In this document: positions 1 to 28,420 of the stretch, piece by piece | Numbering within the stretch: position 1 is the stretch's first letter | Layout: the number at the start of each line of letters is the position of its first letter | Assembly (NCBI RefSeq): GCF_009914755.1 | Contig: NC_060932.1 | Strand: one strand, 5' to 3' | Source: the human T2T-CHM13v2.0 reference genome, Homo sapiens | DNA: 64,000 nt | The notes under the pieces: generated by a model | The model's input: only the letters and a program-made list of their open reading frames with translations | Told to the model about the DNA's origin: nothing | Databases searched by the model: none | Position numbers and translations under genes: made by a program

Positions 1-343
1 AGCCGAGATCACACCACTGCACTCCATCCTGGGCAGTGAAGTAAGACTCTGTCTCCAAAAATAAATAAATAAAAAAAATAAAATTATGTCCCTTTCTTAC
101 TAGAGGGGCATGGGGAATCCCACTCACAGGGATTCCCCCAAATGAGTTCCCGGACATATCACATAATTGCTCCTGATTCTTTCCAGCCAGGAGGCTTTCA
201 ACCCAAAACACCCATCCTGCCCCATTTCTAAAGAGAGCAGGGAACCAGTGTTAACTAAGATTTTTGTGTGTTTACAGTATATGATTATGCCCATTTTACA
301 CATGAGAAAAGCAGATTCTTGGAGAAGTCAAGATGGTCAAAGC

Positions 344-3031
<2,688 letters not shown>

Positions 3032-3056
3032 TTACGAAATGTATTGTATTTTGTAG

Positions 3057-3107
3057 ATACCTATCTGGAAACAACAGGCGAGACCTGGAGATGGACCTGT
3101 GATCTGG
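3057..3107 (+). CDS. NTAQ1: NTAQ1 exon 3: IPIWKQQARPGDGPVIW
   Basis: ttttgtag acceptor, TGG|gtaaga donor; 51 nt, phase 0/0, in frame with exon 2. Confidence 0.97.
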
Positions 3108-3405
3108 GTAAGACAGTTAATACAGAGAGTATTGACGCATTATGACTTGTAACCCCTTAGTGTTCTGTATGTTTTGGTAAAGCAGAAGTGACCTAAGCAG
3201 TAGAGAAAGGCTATGGTAATTATTAATAAATTGACCTTTTGAGAATAGATGTTATTTGATCTAAGGTAGAAACACTGTAGGCATATTTTCTTTTAACTTT
3301 TTGTTTTGAAATTATTATAGGAATGATTTTAAATGGTGGATATATTTGTGATCTAGACTCTTACCATTTAGCACAGGAAGGAACTTTGGCTACACATTAG
3401 AATTA

Positions 3406-9268
<5,863 letters not shown>

Positions 9269-9525
9269 CTAGAGGTAAAATTGCGGTTTCAGAGGATGTG
9301 CATTTAATGACTATGAACATTTCCATTATTTAACCATTTCCCTATCTGTGGACATTTGGTCTGTTTTCATGTTTTCAGGGTGTTGTGTTTGCTTTATTCT
9401 ATTTTGCTATTATAAGGAGGGCTGTAGCAGTCCTATATCCTTTTTAGTGATAAGGTATGTGTCTGAATACTGGGATTTCATCATTATGAAGTAACTTGGT
9501 TAACTTCAGCAACTTTTACTTCTAG

Positions 9526-9674
9526 GATTACCATGTTGTTTTGCTTCATGTTTCAAGTGGAGGACAGAGCTTCATTTATGATCTCGATACTGTCTTGCCA
9601 TTTCCCTGCCTCTTTGACACTTATGTAGAAGATGCCATTAAGTCTGATGATGACATTCACCCACAGTTTAGGAG
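9526..9674 (+). CDS. NTAQ1: NTAQ1 exon 4: [49 protein letters not shown](R)
   Basis: cttctag acceptor, AG|gtgagg donor; completes the WDYHV motif; catalytic His81 (9532-9534) and Asp97 (9580-9582). Confidence 0.97.
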
Positions 9675-10280
9675 GTGAGGACATTCAAGATGGATTTACT
9701 TATTTTCTGAAGTAAGAATTTGACGATTCCACAGAGGTTCTTTTTTTTTGACAATTGTTTTGTAAAGATCTCGTCTGGCATCACCATTGAGTTGATGTTT
9801 AAGAATGATGTATTTGCAACACAGGAGATTCAAAATGTTTTAAAGCTTTAAAAGTTATCTATCATATGAAAGGTTGTCATTCTTTTAAAATTTTGTGTGA
9901 TGAGATCTCAAACATTTAATTTCAAGCGGGTTGGGGATTTTTCTTATATTCTTTTTGTTTTTGTGGGGATACCTCGTGCTGTCACCATTGAGAGGGCTGT
10001 GAGGGCAGCATCAGAAAATCATGCCCATTGCCCTTGATACACAAATCGAGTAAATCGAGGCAACCAGATATATTTTTGTGCCTTTGCCTTTCTGTTTCAG
10101 GTTTTGGTTGATCATTTCCTATGCTTCTCTAATAGGTAGTAAAGTTGCCTGTATTACTAACCATACAGAAATGCATGAGTAGTTTTGTGCATGTCATAGG
10201 AAATGAGTCGATATAAAAATGGAGTTAGAATTTCAAACATGACATCTCCCTAATGTGAGTGTATATTGATTTTTCTGCAG

Positions 10281-10405
10281 GAAATTTAGAGTGATCTGTG
10301 CAGATTCATATTTGAAGAACTTTGCTTCTGACCGATCTCACATGAAAGACTCCAGTGGGAATTGGAGAGAGCCTCCGCCGCCATATCCCTGCATTGAGAC
10401 TGGAG
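10281..10405 (+). CDS. NTAQ1: NTAQ1 exon 5: [41 protein letters not shown]
   Basis: ttttctgcag acceptor, G|gtgagc donor; 125 nt, phases 2/1 consistent with neighbours; FASDRSHM motif. Confidence 0.97.
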
Positions 10406-10517
10406 GTGAGCCAAGATGCCTTCTCAGATGGGGGTTCTGATTGATCACATACACATCAGCATTTTTCCTTAACGGAGGACAAAAGTCAGGTTGTTCTTTG
10501 AAGAAAACTCCATGAGT

Positions 10518-13858
<3,341 letters not shown>

Positions 13859-14364
13859 CAGAGCAGCCTTTCATCGAGGGCTAATTTAGCCCCCCTACTC
13901 TGACATGACCCTTCTGAGGACGCTACTGAACGCTGCATGTTACGAGTTCTCTCCACTCTGGCTGGTGGTGACATGAATTATTTCTAGCCCTGTGGAAGTT
14001 CTGGGGATTATTAGACCCACTGCTTCTTGGTGCTTCTTTCCCTGGCCTCATGAAGTTTCGTTCCATAGAAGAGAAGATCAGTACTTAGCCAAAGACTCAG
14101 GGGGTCCCCTCTGCTGATCTTTGGAGCTCTGACTCTCTGTGTAGTCCCCTCTTCACTGATATTCTGTTTCCCTCAGTTTGGGTGTGTGTGTTTTGTCATG
14201 ATTGGATTGAAGTTATACATTCAAGGCCAGAAAACCACAGAAGTGACATTGAGCCCTTATCCATTTGAATAATTTTACCTACTTTTGGTCTTCTGCATTG
14301 TTTTATTGCTGTTAAACCAAAATTGTGTTTTCAGTGGACATTTTTTTTTCATATATTTTTTAAG

Positions 14365-14474
14365 ATTCCAAAATGAACCTGAACGATTTCATCAGTATGG
14401 ATCCCAAGGTAGGATGGGGCGCCGTCTACACACTATCCGAATTTACACATCGGTTTGGCAGTAAAAACTGCTGA
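14365..14474 (+). CDS. NTAQ1: NTAQ1 last coding exon: (D)[35 protein letters not shown]
   Basis: tttttaag acceptor, phase 1; TGA at 14472-14474 gives the 205-aa protein. Confidence 0.97.
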
Positions 14475-15085
14475 ACTTGGCCTCAAGATGTGGAACTGTG
14501 GAGAAATTCTAGGACATGAACAAGCTATCCTTTCATCGAGGACAGCAAACATTATGGTACAGTTGGCTTGGAATTATGTCTTTCTCTTTTAATTTGATTG
14601 AGTGGAAATCTGAGTGAGTACAAATATAAATGAACAACATAAAAACTTTTGTTTTGACATGTCAAATTGAAACTTGATAAAGTGCGTACTTGCTAAGATA
14701 TTCCTGTGGCTCATGCGTTACAACACGAGGACTTAAGCCAGTAATCGTTTTTGTTCAGATAGAGGTGTGGAGGTAGAGCCAGCCCCTCATGTCTGTTCTG
14801 GATGTTTTGTGTCTCTCCAGCTACACTGTAAGTTCCTTGAGGGCAGGGCCATGGCCCATTGCTCTGTGAATCTCAAATGCCCATAAAAGGTGCCCATAAA
14901 ATGTTTTCTTGAACATTTGAATGTGCTGTTGTCTGGAAAGGGGTAATATTGTGAGCTGAATCAGCAATAAGTATTAGTCTTTTTGGACTATGGTATTGTT
15001 AAAAAGACTGCAGCCCTCTCAGACTTGAGCGTTAATTGGCTTATTTATTTATGGCTTTAAATAAAATCGATTTAACGTTAGTTTT
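14475..15085 (+). other. NTAQ1: NTAQ1 3' UTR (end approximate)
   Basis: Alu-free sequence from the stop codon to the AATAAA at 15060. Confidence 0.75.
15060..15065 (+). terminator. Polyadenylation signal AATAAA
   Basis: Canonical hexamer with U-rich upstream sequence and GU/U-rich downstream element (gttttgtttt, tttttgtgt). Confidence 0.75.
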
Positions 15086-15395
15086 GTTTTGAAGATTTTT
15101 GTGTCACCCTTGATGATCTGAAATACCTAAATATGCCTCAATTGTAGATGAGAACCAGGGCTTTAAAAAATATTTATTACATGTGCCTTCTGGAAGACAT
15201 CTTGGTTATTTGGCTTTAATCATATCATTCCAAATGAAAGATATTTGGCATTACATTGGCATATAGTACCAGCTCTCATGTTTTCATGATTCTGCTTTAA
15301 AAATGAATAACTTCTTATAGCAAGGATGTCTGACCTTTTGTTCTTAGATGAGCTTTCTACTTATTAAGAAACTATCAGCTGGGCATGGTGGCTCA

Positions 15396-15853
<458 letters not shown>

Positions 15854-16024
15854 TAGCTGGGATTACAGGTGTGCGCCACCATGCCCGGCGAATTTTTGTA
15901 TTTTAGTAGAGACATGGTTTCACCACGTTGGCCAGGCTGGTCTTGAACTCCTGACCTCAGGTGATCTGCCCGCTTTCGCCTCCCGAAGTACTGGGATTAC
16001 AGGCATGAGCCACCGCGCCCGGCC

Positions 16025-16609
<585 letters not shown>

Positions 16610-17192
16610 GATTGATCTGTGCTTGAAGCCAAGCCCACCTTTTTTGTTTTTGAGACTCTCTTGCTCTGTCACCGAGGCTGGAGAGCACTGGTGTGATCTC
16701 TGCTTACTGCAACCTCCACCTCCCAGGCTCAAGCGATCCTCCCACCTCAGCCTTCTGAGTAGCTGGGACTACAGGCGTGCCACAGTGCCCAGCTAATTTT
16801 TATATTTTTAGTAGAGATGGGGTTTTGCCACATTGCTCAGGCTGGTCTTGAACTCCGGGACTCAAGCAGTCTGCCCACCTCGGCCTCTGAAAGTGCTGAG
16901 ATTACAGGTGTGAGCCACCGCGCCTGGCCTGCGGTTCCTGGTTCTATGAGCCAGTGGATTCCTTTTTCTCTTCAGCTTGTGCGAGCTGGATTTCTGTCAT
17001 TTTTAACTGAAAGATAGGTTTTCTTACAAGATTTTTCTTCAGAGTTGTTTATCGGGCTTAGGAACTGTTATTTATGTCTCTCTGTGCTTAATTTTTCTAT
17101 TTAAACTTTTTTCTTTTTTTTTTTTAAACCCAAACTAAGACAATTTTTCTTTTGAGGTCAGATTTCTTTCTCTTAATATTCAACATGTGTGA

Positions 17193-17381
<189 letters not shown>

Positions 17382-18764
17382 TGAGTTTCTGGGATTACAG
17401 GCATGCGCCGCTACACCTGGCTAATTTTTGTATTTTTAGTAGAGATGGGATTTTACCATGTTGGCCAGGCTAGTCTCGAACTCCTGACCTCAAGTAATCC
17501 ACCCACTTTGGCCTCCCAAAATGCTGGGATTACAGGTATGAACCGTAGTGCCTGGCTGACTAAAGCAAAAAATTTTCTTTTTGAGAGGGAGTCTCGCTCT
17601 ATCGCCCAGGCTGGAGTGCAGTGGCATGATCTTGGCTCACTGCAAGCTCTGCCTACCGGGTTCACGCCATTCTCCTGCCTCAGCCTCCTGAGTAGCTGGG
17701 ACCACAGGCGCCCACCACTACGCCCAGCTAATTTCTTTTTATATTTTTAGTGGAGACGGGGTTTCACCGTGTTAGCCAGGATGGTCTCTATCTTCTGCCC
17801 TCGTGATCCACTTGCCTCGACCTCCCAAAGTGCTGGGATTACAGGCGTGAGCCACCGTGCCCAGCCTAAAGCAGAATTTGTAAACTGACTATGAAAGCAA
17901 CAGAAACAGAGTATCTCTGAGAACCTGACACACCAAGGAGTTGGGAAGCAAATATGAAAATATAAAATGGTTCCCAGCTCAGTAGAACTGGCTATCCCTG
18001 ATTGAAGATATTATTGGAGCTTTTAAGGAAATTATGTCTTTCAGAAGAGGAGTTGGTTAGCAATGGTAGTAAATGCAAACCTTTTTGTGTGTTTTTCTTG
18101 GTTTAATTTTTAATTAATTAAAAAATAGATGGTACCATGTACATTGTACCAATTCAAAATGTATAAAAGAGTATTTGGTGAAAAGTAAACTTCCCTCCTG
18201 CTTTGTCCTCCAATTTTCTGATGTTCCCACCCAGAAATAACCTCTTTTTCAGGTTATTTTGTATCCTTCTTTCCAGGAATTTTCTATGTAAACATATAGG
18301 TATGTATTATATATTAAATTTTGTTTCCCCACCCCCCCGACAAATGGTAGCATCCTAAACATATTGTTCTGTATTTTACTTTTTTCCCTTCACTAAACAA
18401 AGAAAAATACATTTTACTTTTTAAAGTTAATATATTTGGATGTTTTCTAGTCAGTACATATTGATTGGAAAATCAACAAGAATGAGAAAATATCTACATT
18501 ATTTTTAAAGGCTACATTGTATTCTGCGATACATACGGTCCATAATTTAACAGTCCTTTATAAGTTGTTTTTTGCTTCTTGGTGTGCCAAAAAAAAATTC
18601 TACAATAAATGTTTTTGTTTATGTGTCTTCATAAAAATTTCCAAGGTGAATTTTTAAAAATTTTTAAAGTTTTTTATTTTTTGAGACAGAGTCTCACTCT
18701 GTTGCCCAGGTTGGAGTGCAGTGTTGTGATCTCAGCTCATTGTAACCTCCGCCTCCCGGGTTGA

Positions 18765-18977
<213 letters not shown>

Positions 18978-18980
18978 TGA

Positions 18981-19214
<234 letters not shown>

Positions 19215-19383
19215 TAATTTTTTTTGTGTGTGTGTTTTTATTATAGTAGAGACAGAGGTTCACCATGTTGGCCAGGCTGGTCTCAAACTCTGGCCTCAAG
19301 TGATTCCCCCCACCTCAGCCTCCCAAAGTGCTGGGATTACAGGCATCAGCCACTGCAACTGGCCCATTCTCTTCTTTTTCTAG

Positions 19384-20932
19384 AGCAGGAGTTGGCAAAT
19401 GTTTTCTGTAAATGGCCAAACAGTAAATGTTAGACTTTGCAGGCCATAAGGCCTCTGCCACAACTACTTAACTCTGCCTTTGTAGCCGAAAACAGCAGCC
19501 ACAGACAATATGTAAATGAATAGGTGTGGCTGAGCTCCAATAAAACTTTGCAAAACCTGGGTCTCCTTTCTTGTCTTTGGAGCCCTCCTCCCTCTGTGTC
19601 TGTACAGGAGAGCTTTTTCCTTCTTTCTTCTCTCTTCTTTCTTGCCTTTTAAACACTCTGCTCCTTAAAACCACTCCAACTGTGTCTGTGTTGTTTTATC
19701 CAATTCGCGCAAGACGAGCCCTGGTGCTCCTCCACTCATCGGAGCCGTATCAGTGCCATCTTCAAAGCAGAGACCAAGTCCTCACCAGACAACATAATCT
19801 GCTCAGCCCTGATCTTGGACTTACAGCCTCCGCAACAGACTCTGTTCCAACTATGAACTTAGGAAGTTAAGGAAAAACATGGATTTCTTTTTCCAACTAG
19901 AAGCTGGACATCCTAAGTGATTGGTTGGAGGAGTATGTTTGGTTTTCTCTGTCTGGTTCCACGTTGAAAGTAAGAACAACAACAACATTGGGGAAGCCTG
20001 CAAGTTTTGACCACGTCCTGATCTCTCCATGCTGATTGCCGCCGAGCTGGGGGTCAGGGTTCTGTTATCATCTGTGCCCTGTTCATTGTCTGCTTGAATA
20101 TTCTGTCTATCTATAGAGAGGAAGAACAATAACCTTCATTATCAGAAACCTCATTCTAAGTTTACTTTTCTGTCTAGGTGTCCTTGTACTTTTTAAATAT
20201 ATAAATATGCTTTTTTCACTGAGTAGCAATAGAAGTAGTATTTTTGCTAGGCTTGAGTTGCTTACTATTAAAAAAAATTATACTTACATTTTTATAATAA
20301 AACCTAATCTTAGGCTCAGATGCACATACAACTAAAGAGCAGTGCTTGTCTTTTGCTTAATGTTCATATTACAAGGTTAACTTTTATTTATAATTAATAT
20401 ATGAACGTGTTTTTTTTTTAAAAAATACACAATGTGATGGATAAATCTAATGTCCTTTTTGATAATCACCCTGGTTTTAAGAATATAACTGTCTAGAGAA
20501 ACTAACTAATAGAGCTCATTGTGTATTATCTAGAAGTCATTGTATGCCAGGCAATTTTCTGACAATCTGATGGGGTTGGCACTATTTTTAATCCCTATTT
20601 TACAGATGAGGAAACTGATGCAGAGAGAGGTTTTCATATAGCTCACCAAGTCACTAGCCAGTAAGTAGTAGAGCCAGGATTCAAATTAAGGACAAAAAGC
20701 ACCTGAGAAGCTTCATGCTGCTTTCTGATCACCTCCTTACTCCCTAAGGGTAACCACCATCCTGCTTTCTAACTGCATACATTCATTGTGCCTCTTTCTG
20801 TATTTTATATAATTTCATATAAAAATATGTTTGTATATGGCAGAAAAAAATAACAAAAAACAAAAAACAACTTTGCAAAACCAAGAGCTGGTAGATTTGG
20901 CCCTTGGGCTGTAGTTTGCTGTCCCTTGTTCT
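19384..20932 (+). mobile_element. MER58A split into 19384-19557 and 20869-20932 by a 1.3-kb insertion
   Basis: caggagttggcaaa 5' TIR, aataggtgtggct...ccaataaaacttt, resuming with gatttggcc...tagtttgctgtccct 3' TIR. Confidence 0.85.
19558..20868 (+). pseudogene. Processed retrocopy of an LTR-initiated, probably spliced non-coding transcript
   Basis: 14-bp TSD aactttgcaaaacc (19544-19557, 20869-20882), degenerate A-tail ~20842-20868, mosaic LTR / MaLR exon / unique / MIR / L1 content. Confidence 0.8.
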
Positions 20933-21334
20933 ACAGCGATAGAGCTGTGACTGGTGTGTGGCTGCTCTGCCATGGACTACATTTCCCATTCTCCTTTGCA
21001 GCCAGTGTGGCCATGTGACCAGCTGAATATAAGAGGAAGTGTGTGTGCCACTTACATGACTGACCTGTGAAACTCCTGCCCACTCCTTCACACCTTTGCC
21101 TACTTTCTTACCAGATGAAATGGTGATGACTGGAGTGACCTCGGAAGCTACTTATCAAAGGCAGAAGAGCCACCATCAGCCTGGATTCCTGATAACTCTA
21201 TGGAGCCGAGTTGCATGCCTGCCTAAATAGTATATTGTGGAACTCTTTCATAGGAGACAAACTTATGTATTTTTTAAGTCACAGAATTCTTGGTGAGTTT
21301 TGATTTGGCCGTTTAGTCCTCCCTAAATAATTCA

Positions 21335-21769
<435 letters not shown>

Positions 21770-22926
21770 TTACTGCCCTTCCCAGAATGTTCACAAACCC
21801 TGAACACAGACGTCTATCCAGTCCTGTTGTTTTGCATGAGGTTCAGGAGCCTTGTGGGAAAGAAGCCAAATGGTCTGTGTTCTCATTTAGGGTTCAGACG
21901 TGTATAGGCTTGTCCCGTGGGCTAGAGGTCCTCAAAGATGTCTTTGCTAGAGGAGAGAAAAACATGAACAGGTCCCTGAGAGAAAATCAATGTAAGTGAA
22001 GATGACATCTGGCTGAGAGGACCAGACTAGATGATTATACATTAGAGTGTTCCTTGATGGCAGGTGCCATGAGAGATGTGCCACGGTGCACCCTTACCCC
22101 TACTCTCTTACTCTCTTGAAAGCCCTGTCTCCTGGGAAGGAAAGAAAGAACTGTGTCACTAGGGGCCCCATGTGGCTCTGTGGGAGCCTTGGAAGTAGCT
22201 GCTGATTTTCCGTAGAACAGTGGACAGCAGTGTTCTGACTGAGTCTGGTATTTTGGTGGTTGACAGCAGTACACGCCATGACCAGTGGCTGGCTCAGTAG
22301 TGAAGCAGAAGCATGAGGAAGCCTGCAGGCTGTGGTCTGGATTCTCTTTGAGTCCCTTTTTCATCAGGATTTGAAAGAGAAAATGATTTACACAGGACTC
22401 TCAGACTGGTAGGGGCTTGTGTACATTCAGCATATAGCAATTAACAGCTTGATGATTTGCAGAAATTCTTCATGGAGGATGCTTATTTAAAATTGCTGGA
22501 GGGCTGCGTGTGGTGGCTCATGCCTATAATCCCAGCACTTTGGGAGGCTGAAGTGGGCAGATCACTTGAGGCCAGGAGTTTAAGACCTCTACTGTTGCTG
22601 TATCACTGCCCTGGTGATTCAGCAGTGAGTCCTGCGCTCATGGATATTACATTCTTGTGGAGAAGACAGACAATGAACTTCTACAATGTGTGGAAGATTG
22701 GTTGCTATTTACTGAGTTGGGGAAGATTGTGGGTGGAGTAATTTTGGGGAGGAAGATAAGGAGTTTTATTGGGGGCATGTTAAATTTGAGGTGCCAGTTG
22801 GGTGTCTAACAGGAGCTGTCAAATAGGAGTTGGTAGCCGGGTGTGGTAGGCGGAGGTTGTAGTGAGCCTGAGATCACGTCACTGCACTCCAGCCTGGGCG
22901 ACAGAGTGAGACTCCGGCTCGCTGCT

Positions 22927-22927
22927 T

Positions 22928-22959
<32 letters not shown>

Positions 22960-23007
22960 CATATGTATATATGTGTGTGTGTGTATATATATATGTGTGT
23001 GTGTGTG

Positions 23008-23068
<61 letters not shown>
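22927..23068. repeat. Compound microsatellite (CT)n-(AT/GT)n-(AT)n
   Basis: Directly visible; follows an Alu right-arm fragment. Confidence 0.97.
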
Positions 23069-23071
<3 letters not shown>

Positions 23072-25413
23072 CTGGATAAAGGGGTCCCAGAGTCAAGTGG
23101 AGAGATGTAGGATAGGAATATCAAATTGGGAGACATCTGTTAATAGATGACATTTAAAGATACAGGCCTCTATGATATCATTGAGAGAATGTGTGTGGAT
23201 AGAGGAAAGGTCCAGGGACCTAGCCTAGGGAGGTTTTATTTAGGGCTTAGGAGATGGGAAGACAGATGGAATGGTCATGGAGGAAGGAGGAGAAAACAAG
23301 GATGCCCAAAGGAGAAAGTGGTATTAGAAGGGGAGAGGGATCAGCTCTGTCAGATGTTGCTGATCAGTTGAGTAAGTTGAGGACTGGGATGACCGTTGGT
23401 TTTGGCAGTGTGGAGGTCTGTGGGCAATTTCAGTGGAGTGATGGGGATGACAGCCTAATTTCAGTAGGTTCAGGAGGGAACAGGAGGAAGGAAGTAGAGT
23501 GGTTTGGGAAGGGGGCAGAGAAAGGGGGTGGTACTGCAGGGGGATGTGGGTCAGCAGGGGAGACTGCTGTTTGCCAGGTTCTCAGCTGATTCTTCCATTA
23601 TGAAGAACGAATTACCCATTTCTGCCCCTCCAAGGAGACCTCTCATGACATCAAAACCTGTCTGTCCTCCAGGGCCACTGTCTCTGAAGCAGGGCAAACA
23701 CTCCTCAGTTCTCACTCTGTAGGACGCTCCCTTTGACTCGATCCATCCCTTGGTTCATGCAGCCCTTCTTCAGCATTGACAGAGAGGAAAGAAAGCTGGA
23801 TAACTTTCAGGGGTATTTCATCCAGGTCATGGGGAAGCCTCAGGCACCACTCCAATAACTCTGCTTTTTTTCCTTGACCTCTTCCCACTTTGCAGTGTTT
23901 TCTTCACAAAGCAGCCAAAGTGATCTTTATTTTTTCTTTCTGCTTCATGTCTCCTTCATACAGAGTGATCTGTTAAAAACCAGACTATCTCATTCCCGTT
24001 TTCAAACAACAACAAACCACCACCACTTGGCAATGGCCTCAGCATGTCCTTAAGCTAAATATACTGTTCTACCCTGGCTCTCAGGCCCTGTGTGGTCTGG
24101 ATTACGGCTGTCTCTGTGATTTCAGCTCTGCTACTGCTGGCCCATTCCCTGTCCTGCTTCCCCCATTAGGTTTCTTTTGGTGAGCAGGACAAGCTCATTC
24201 CTTCCTCAGGGACCTCACATTCTGTTTACCCTGATCTGACCCTTTTTTTCTCCCTTATCTTCTGTTGGCTGACACTGCCTGACATTGAGGTCTGAGCTCC
24301 GAGTCTGGTAATTCTTCCCTGGTGACGTATCTAAAGCTGACTGCCCCAGTCAACATGACAGTACCCTTTTTTCTTCATAGCAGTTATCACTAACTGAAAT
24401 GATCTTGCACACTTATTTGTTTAAAAGTCTGTTTTCCTTTTTTTTAAATTAAGATGGAGTCTCACTCGGTCACCCAGGCTGGGGTGCAGTGGCGTGATCT
24501 TGACTAACTGCAGCCTCCGCCTCCTGGATTCAAGGGATTCTCCTGCCTCAGCCTCCCAAGTAGCTGGGATTATAGGCATGTGCCACCACACCTGGCTAAT
24601 TTTTGTATTTTTATTAGAGACGGAGTTTCATCATGTTGGCCAGTCTGGTCTCGAACTCTTGACTTCAATTGGTCCGCCCACCTCAGCCTCCCCAAATGCT
24701 GGGATTACAGGCACGAGCCACCACACCTGGTCTAAAAGTCTGTTTTCTATCTCCCTCCATTGGACTGTGAGTCCTCCCTGCCTTATTCTCCACTGTAATA
24801 CAGTGTCTTGGTATCTGATACCTTATAGTAAGCACTCAACAAATATTCCTCAAGCATTCAATAAAGGAACAACTCCTGTCACCAAAGGGGTCTGGAACAT
24901 CAAGTCCGCCACTCCACTGGATCTCAGGATAATGCTTGAAAACTGCTGCTAAAGTCTTGTGCTTTGAATTATTCCCGTTGACTAGATTCTATTCCTTTTT
25001 TAGATGATCTTGTCCTTTTTCAAACTGGTTTTGTCTGCAGTCCCTTCAGCCTTAACTCCAAGCCCTACTCTTCCACCTTTTGGTGTGAAAAGCACGTTAT
25101 GAATGACTTTTGCAGAGAGCAAAGAACACCATGGATTTATTTAATTAGTTCTCTCACATTCTTGGCAGGCACCTCATTCCAGCCTCTTGTCACAAACGCA
25201 GATATGGAAAGCACCATGTCTAGTGTCTGATATTGAGAGCAGGAGCTCACAGTATACTTTTCCCCTTTGCTCCAAGCTGACCACTCAGCCTAGCACCAGA
25301 GAATGAACTATGTCTTTTACCCTGGCAGTCCAGGGAGAATGTGGCTTTGGCCCTGAGCTTTACAGCAGGTATCTGTTCAGGCCAGGCTTTTAATAACATC
25401 CATTTATTGGTCA

Positions 25414-25729
<316 letters not shown>

Positions 25730-26444
25730 TCATGCCTGTAATCCCAACACTTTGGGAGGCCGAGGCGGGCGGATCACCTGAGGTCAGGCGTTTGAGACCA
25801 GCCCGACCAACATGGAGAAACCCCGTCTTTACTAAAAATACAAAAAAAAAAATAGCCAGGCATAGTGGCGCATGCCTGTAATCCCAGCTACTCGGGAGGC
25901 TGAGGCAGGAGAATTGCTTGAACCCGGGAGGTGGAGATCGCACCATTGCACTCCAGCCTGGGCAACCAGAGCGAAACTCCCTCTCAAAAAAAACAAAACA
26001 AAACAAAACAAAAAACAAAATTGCATCCATTTATTATCAAGGGAGCACTCATAGCAGAACTTCACTTAGAGTCAATAGGCAATCTCTCCTGAGGTTTCCA
26101 TGGGGACCTGGAGTTTTAGAGCAATTTCTGGGAAGAACATTGGAAGGAAATTGTGGGGCAAGATGTTAATACAGTCACACCGTTCTGGCACACGCTGTTT
26201 CTGCAGCCGTAAGTGACGGTTGAATCAGTTCCCACTCAAGGCCCACAGGATGCAGAGCTATGTTTGACCTCCTTGGGGCCAGATGCTGAGGAGATCTTGT
26301 CCCTGCCCCTGGAATACAGGAAAAATAAGTTCAAGTCCTTGGCCCCCGTTACAGTTTTGCATTTGCTAGTGACATACTGTGTGACCTTGGGAAAGTCACT
26401 TAACCTCTCTGGGCCTTCCTTGCCTCACCTAAGAATTATTTTGA

Positions 26445-26651
<207 letters not shown>

Positions 26652-27629
26652 TAGCTGGGACTATAGACACCTGCCACCATGCCTGGCTAATTTTATATTT
26701 TTAGTAGAGACGGGTTCACCATGTTGGCCAGGCTGCTCTCGAATTCCTGACCTCAGGTGATCTGCCTGCTTTGGCCTCCCAAAGTGCTGGGATTACAGGT
26801 GTGAGTCATCGTGCCTGGCCCCAGATAGCTCATCTAAGCTCTTCATGTGTATGAACTCAATCCTCAAAACAACAATATAAGGTAGATACCATTATTCTCC
26901 TCATGCTACAAATTAGGAAACGTAGGCACAGTAAAGTAAAGTGACTTATAGAAAGCCACATAGCTAGTGAGTGGTGGAGACAGGATTTGAATCTAGGCAT
27001 TCCCACTCCAGGGCCTGGCTGCCATCCAATTCCCAGTTCACCCAGTTCCAAGTTCATGCCCACATTCTGTAATCAGATAATGGGTCACTAGCAAGGTGCT
27101 GTCTGTTGTAGGGCAGGAGTGGGTCACTGAGCTTCCCCATGGTCGGGATGAAGTGTCCTTCACAGCTGTCCACCTGAAGTAACTTACCCTGTAGTTACTG
27201 CAAATAAACTTTATCAATAAATGTCAAACTTGTTAAAAAGGCAAATGTCCAGAACCTCCCTGAGTGGTTCTGGTTTAGTAAGCATCCCAGTCAGGTCTCA
27301 GCGGCAGAGAACAGAAATTGCTTGCTACGTGAATCCAAAAGGCATTTGATTCAAAGTGATGGAGACGGGAAACAAACATCTAGAGAAACAGTCATTCATA
27401 GTGAAGTTCTGCTATAATTGCTCCCTTGATAATAAATGGATGCAATTTTGTTTTTTGTTTTGTTTTGTTTTGTTTTTTTTGAGAGGGAGTTTCACTGTGG
27501 TTGCCCAGGCTGGAGTGCAATGGTGCGATCTCAGCTCACCACAACTCCACCTCCCAGGTTCAAGCAATTCTCCTGCCCCAGCCTCCCGAGTAGCTGGGAT
27601 TACAGGCATGCGCCACTATGCCTGGCTAA

Positions 27630-28420
<791 letters not shown>

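Noticed and set aside
21115-21230. Possible distal NTAQ1 exon after the ctttcttaccag acceptor
   Set aside because: Lies in an MLT1-like element beyond the poly(A) site; acceptor motif alone is insufficient without transcript data.
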